From the NCBI GenBank assembly GCA_963718235.1, contig CAVQYR010000002.1:800001-864000 (forward strand): a DNA stretch of 64,000 nucleotides, written 5' to 3'. Position 1 is the stretch's first letter. The number at the start of each line of letters is the position of its first letter. Source of the DNA: an uncultured Actinomycetota bacterium (GTDB taxonomy: Bacteria; Actinomycetota; Actinomycetes; JAHEKZ01). The position numbers were made by a program, and so were the translations under genes. Shown here in pieces: positions 60,529 through 64,000 of the stretch. The notes below the pieces were generated by a model. It saw only the letters and a list, made by a program, of their open reading frames with translations. It did no database searches and was not told the origin of the DNA.

Positions 60529-62298
60529 GTGCTGCAACGCATGTCGACCCTGTTCCTTCGCACCCTGCGCGAGGACCCGGCCGACGCCGAGGTGCCCAGC
60601 CACCGGCTGCTGGTGCGGGCCGGCTACGTGCGCCGGGTCGCGCCGGGCATCTACAGCTGGCTGCCGCTGGGTTACGAGGTGCTGCGCAACATCGAGCGGA
60701 TCGTCCGCGAGGAGATGAACGCGATCGGGGCCCAGGAGGTCCACTTCCCGGCGCTGCTGCCGCGTGAGCCGTACGAGATCAGCAACCGCTGGACCGAGTA
60801 CGGCGACAACATCTTCCGGCTGAAGGACCGAAAGGACGGCGACTACCTGCTCGGCCCCACCCACGAGGAGCTCTTCACGCTTCTGGTCAAGGACCTCTAC
60901 TCCTCGTACAAGGACCTCCCCGTCTGGCTGTACCAGATCCAGACGAAGTACCGCGACGAGACCGCGCCCGCGCGCCGGCATCCTGCGAGGCCGGGAGTTC
61001 GTCATGAAGGACTCCTACTCCTTCGACGTCGGCGACGAGGGGCTGCAGAAGTCCTACGACGCCCACCGCGACGCCTACATCCGGATCTTCGACCGGTTCG
61101 GCTTTGACTACGTGATCGTCGAGGCGATGTCCGGGGCGATGGGCGGCTCGGCCAGCGAGGAGTTCCTCGCGTCCGCCGAGCACGGCGAGGACACCTACGT
61201 GCGCTGCACTTCGTGCGACTACTCGGCCAACGTCGAGGCCGTGCGGGTGCGCGGTGCCCGACCCCATCGCGTGGGACGAACCTGCCTGCCGCGCACGTCG
61301 AGGACACTCCCGACACCCCGACCATCGACACGCTCGTGGCCCACCTCGACGTGGCGTTTCCCCGCGACGACCGTCCGTGGCATGCGGCCGACACGCTCAA
61401 GAACGTCATCGTGATGCTGCTGCACCCCGACGGCACGCGCGAGCCGCTGGCGATCGGCGTCCCGGGCGACCGCGAGGTCGACGAGAAGCGCCTGCAGGCC
61501 CAGGTCGAGCCGGCCGAGCTGGCCGCGTTCACCGAGGACGACTTCGCCGCCAACCCGGCCCTGCGCAAGGGGTACATCGGCCCGGCGGCGCTCGGGGCGA
61601 ACAACCCGTCCGGCATCCGCTACCTCGTCGACCCCAGGGTCGTCGACGGCACCCAGTGGGTCACCGGTGCCGACCAGGACGGCCGCCACGTGCTCGGCCT
61701 GGTCGCCGGGCGCGACTTCACCGCCGACGGGCTGATCGAGGCCGCCGAGGTGCGCGAGGACGACGAGTGCCCGCGGTGCGGCGAGGCGCTGTCGATCGCG
61801 CGTGGCATCGAGATCGGCCACATCTTCCAGCTCGGCCGCCGGTTCGCCGAGGCGCTCGACCTTCGCGTGCTCGACGAGAACGGCAAGCTGGTCACGGTCA
61901 CCATGGGCTCGTACGGCATCGGCATCTCGCGCGCCGTTGCAGCCATCGTGGAGAACTCCCACGACGAGCAGGGCATCGTGTGGCCGCGTGAGGTGGCCCC
62001 CGCCGACGTCCACCTGGTCGCCACCGGAAAGGACGAGGCGATCTTCTCCGCCGCCGAGGCGCTCGCGGTTGACCTCGACCGGGCCGGGGTGCGGGTCATC
62101 TACGACGACCGGCCCAAGGTGTCGCCCGGTGTGAAGTTCAAGGACGCCGAGCTGATCGGTGTTCCGACCATCGTGGTGGTGGGCAAGGGCCTCGCCGACG
62201 GCGAGATCGAGGTGCGCGACCGGGCCACCGACCTGCGCACGACGGTGCCGGCCGACGAAGCCGCAGCGCGCATCGTCGAGGCCATCCGGGAGAGCTGA
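60529..62298 (+). CDS. proS: Proline--tRNA ligase, interrupted by three +1 frameshifts (likely sequence errors)
   Basis: [28 protein letters not shown] / [12 protein letters not shown] / [22 protein letters not shown] spread over successive frames. Confidence 0.93.
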
Positions 62299-62300
62299 GC

Positions 62301-63011
62301 GTGCCGGTCGAGGCGGTCATCTTCGACTGGGGCGGCGTGCTGACACCGTGGCACACGATCGACCTGCGCGAGCAGTGGCACGCCTACAGCGCCGTCCACG
62401 AGCCGGCACGCGCCGACGAGCTCGCGGTGCTGCTGCTCGAGGCCGAGGACGCGTGCTGGCGAGCTGGCCGCCAGCACCAGCGGTCGGCGACGCTCGACGA
62501 GGTGTTCAGGGGGGTTGGGATCGAGCCAACGGGGCCACGGCACGAGGCGGCGCTGGCCGCGTACCACGCATTCTGGATGCCACACACCATGGCCGACCCC
62601 GACGCGACAGCGACCCTGACGGCGCTGCGGGAGCGTGGCATCAAGGTGGGCGTGCTCTCCAACACGTTGTGGAGCCGGGAGTTCCACGAGGCCGTGTTCG
62701 AACGGGACGGTCTGCTGCCGCTCATCGACGGTGCCGTCTACTCCAGCGAGATTCCCTACACCAAGCCCCACCCTGGGGCCTTCACCTCCGCGATGGCGGT
62801 CGTGGGGGTCAGCGACCCGGCCGTGGCCGTGTTCGTCGGTGACCGTCCCTTCGAGGACATCCATGGCAGCAAGTCGGTGGGCATGCGCGGGGTGCTGGTT
62901 CCTCACAGCGACATCCCGACCAGCCAGCGCGGGCACGTCGAGGGCGAGCCGGACGCCGTGATCCACCGGCTGCTCGACCTGCTCCCGCTGGTAGACGCGT
63001 GGTCAGCCTGA
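62301..63011 (+). CDS. HAD family hydrolase
   Basis: FDWGGVL, LSNT, KPHP, VGDRPFEDI. Confidence 0.9.
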   Translation: MPVEAVIFDWGGVLTPWHTIDLREQWHAYSAVHEPARADELAVLLLEAEDACWRAGRQHQRSATLDEVFRGVGIEPTGPRHEAALAAYHAFWMPHTMADPDATATLTALRERGIKVGVLSNTLWSREFHEAVFERDGLLPLIDGAVYSSEIPYTKPHPGAFTSAMAVVGVSDPAVAVFVGDRPFEDIHGSKSVGMRGVLVPHSDIPTSQRGHVEGEPDAVIHRLLDLLPLVDAWSA

Positions 63012-63413
63012 CGCCAGGCCGGGCAGGGCAGGTACCTCGCCGCTCCAGCGGTAGGAGCGGACGGCGGAGTCGCGCAGCCAAGCGGCCGCCGTCCGTCGCC
63101 ACAGCTCGTCGCCGGTCGCGACGAGCTGGGCGTAGGCGGTCGCGGACGCCGCCTCGATCTGGGCGGCCAGCGCGCGTGCCTGGGCGGCCGCGACGACGGG
63201 GGAGTCCGGCTCGTACGCCGGTGCGGCTGGGGTGGGCGTCGCTGACGCCTCGACCAGGGCTGCGGTCAGGAGGTCGCGACGCTGCCGGTGCACGTCGTAG
63301 GACTCGCGCGCCAGCTGGTCGTCCGGCCCGAGCCGACCTCCGACGATGCCGTACCCGAACACCGCCGAGTGCTCGACGGCGAGCGCGCCCTGCAGCGACG
63401 CGAGGTCAGCCAC
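63003..63413 (-). CDS. Ferritin-like DUF4439 protein
   Basis: ALAVEHSAVFGYG, HRQRRD, ALPGL end; conserved upstream of rimP. Confidence 0.85.
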   Translation of the reverse strand: MADLASLQGALAVEHSAVFGYGIVGGRLGPDDQLARESYDVHRQRRDLLTAALVEASATPTPAAPAYEPDSPVVAAAQARALAAQIEAASATAYAQLVATGDELWRRTAAAWLRDSAVRSYRWSGEVPALPGLASG

Positions 63414-63891
63414 GCGTGCCTCGCAACGACGCAGCCAGGGCCGCATCGCTCGCCGCGATCGAGGCGAGCAGGGCGGCGTCGGACCCGGACTCCGGTTCGG
63501 TGACCGCGCGCTGCGTCTGGTCGGCGGCCAGGTCCAGGGCCCGGACGAACGCCGCGGCGGTGCGGGGACCGGTCGGAGCACCGTCCAGCGCACCCAGCGC
63601 ACCAGCCGCGCGCAGGGCGTCGACATGCGCGCCCAGCACCCGCTGCGCCTCGCTGAGGGTCAACGACTCGGCCCAGTCGAGCAGGGCCAGCTCGCGCAGC
63701 AGCACCGCGTCCAGCTCCGGCCGCCGGACCGCGCTCGTCGTCGAGTCCGGAGCGGTCGAGGACGCGTCGGGTCCTTCGGCCTCCGTGCACCCGACCAGCG
63801 CGACTGCACCGGCCAGCCACGGCACCGCGAGCACGGTCCGACGGGAGAGGGCGGGAACACCGCCGGTGTCGGGGCGGTCGGGCTCGGTCAC
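63406..63891 (-). CDS. Tat-type lipoprotein of unknown function
   Basis: SRRTVL, LVGC lipobox, LLASIAAS. Confidence 0.7.
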   Translation of the reverse strand: MTEPDRPDTGGVPALSRRTVLAVPWLAGAVALVGCTEAEGPDASSTAPDSTTSAVRRPELDAVLLRELALLDWAESLTLSEAQRVLGAHVDALRAAGALGALDGAPTGPRTAAAFVRALDLAADQTQRAVTEPESGSDAALLASIAASDAALAASLRGTRG

Positions 63892-63977
63892 CGCGGCAGC
63901 ATCGCACGAGCGGTCCCTCCCCGGACCGTTAGGCTGGCCGGACAACCGATCACACAACTGGACCCCTCGGAGGCACC

Positions 63978-64000
63978 ATGAGCGCCGTCGCCGACCGCGT
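63978..64000 (+). CDS. Start of next gene, probably ribosome maturation factor RimP (partial)
   Basis: GGAGG RBS and ATG; identity only from synteny. Confidence 0.35.

Overview
GC-rich actinobacterial chromosomal window. Conserved core synteny lies at both ends: dprA(3' end)-xerC-whiG/fliA-M23-rpsB-tsf-pyrH-frr-cdsA-[TetR]-rlmN on the left and dxr-rseP/rip1-ispG-GNAT-proS-HAD-DUF4439-(rimP start) on the right. The ~46 kb between rlmN and dxr is accessory. It holds a large polyamine/omega-amino-acid/GABA/glutarate catabolic region (class III aminotransferases, four aldehyde dehydrogenases, two PuuB-like FAD oxidoreductases, a ureohydrolase, an orphan PotD-like lipoprotein, an APC permease, a CoA-transferase/glutaryl-CoA dehydrogenase pair, and Lrp, PucR, GntR and XRE regulators), a glycosyltransferase-sugar kinase-SIS operon, c-di-GMP enzymes, an ECF sigma/anti-sigma/ABC operon and a TetR-MmpL pair. 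The most striking unexplained element is at 33.58-36.74 kb. Two tandem paralogous 34-aa peptides ending LVSxVGAGxKWxH (the second is absent from the ORF track) precede a membrane-sensor GGDEF-EAL enzyme and a DUF5317 membrane protein with signal-peptidase-II-like aspartate motifs, all behind a perfect BldD-box match. This is a candidate peptide-signal to c-di-GMP system. proS carries three +1 frameshifts and the rpsB tail a local frame slip, most likely assembly errors.
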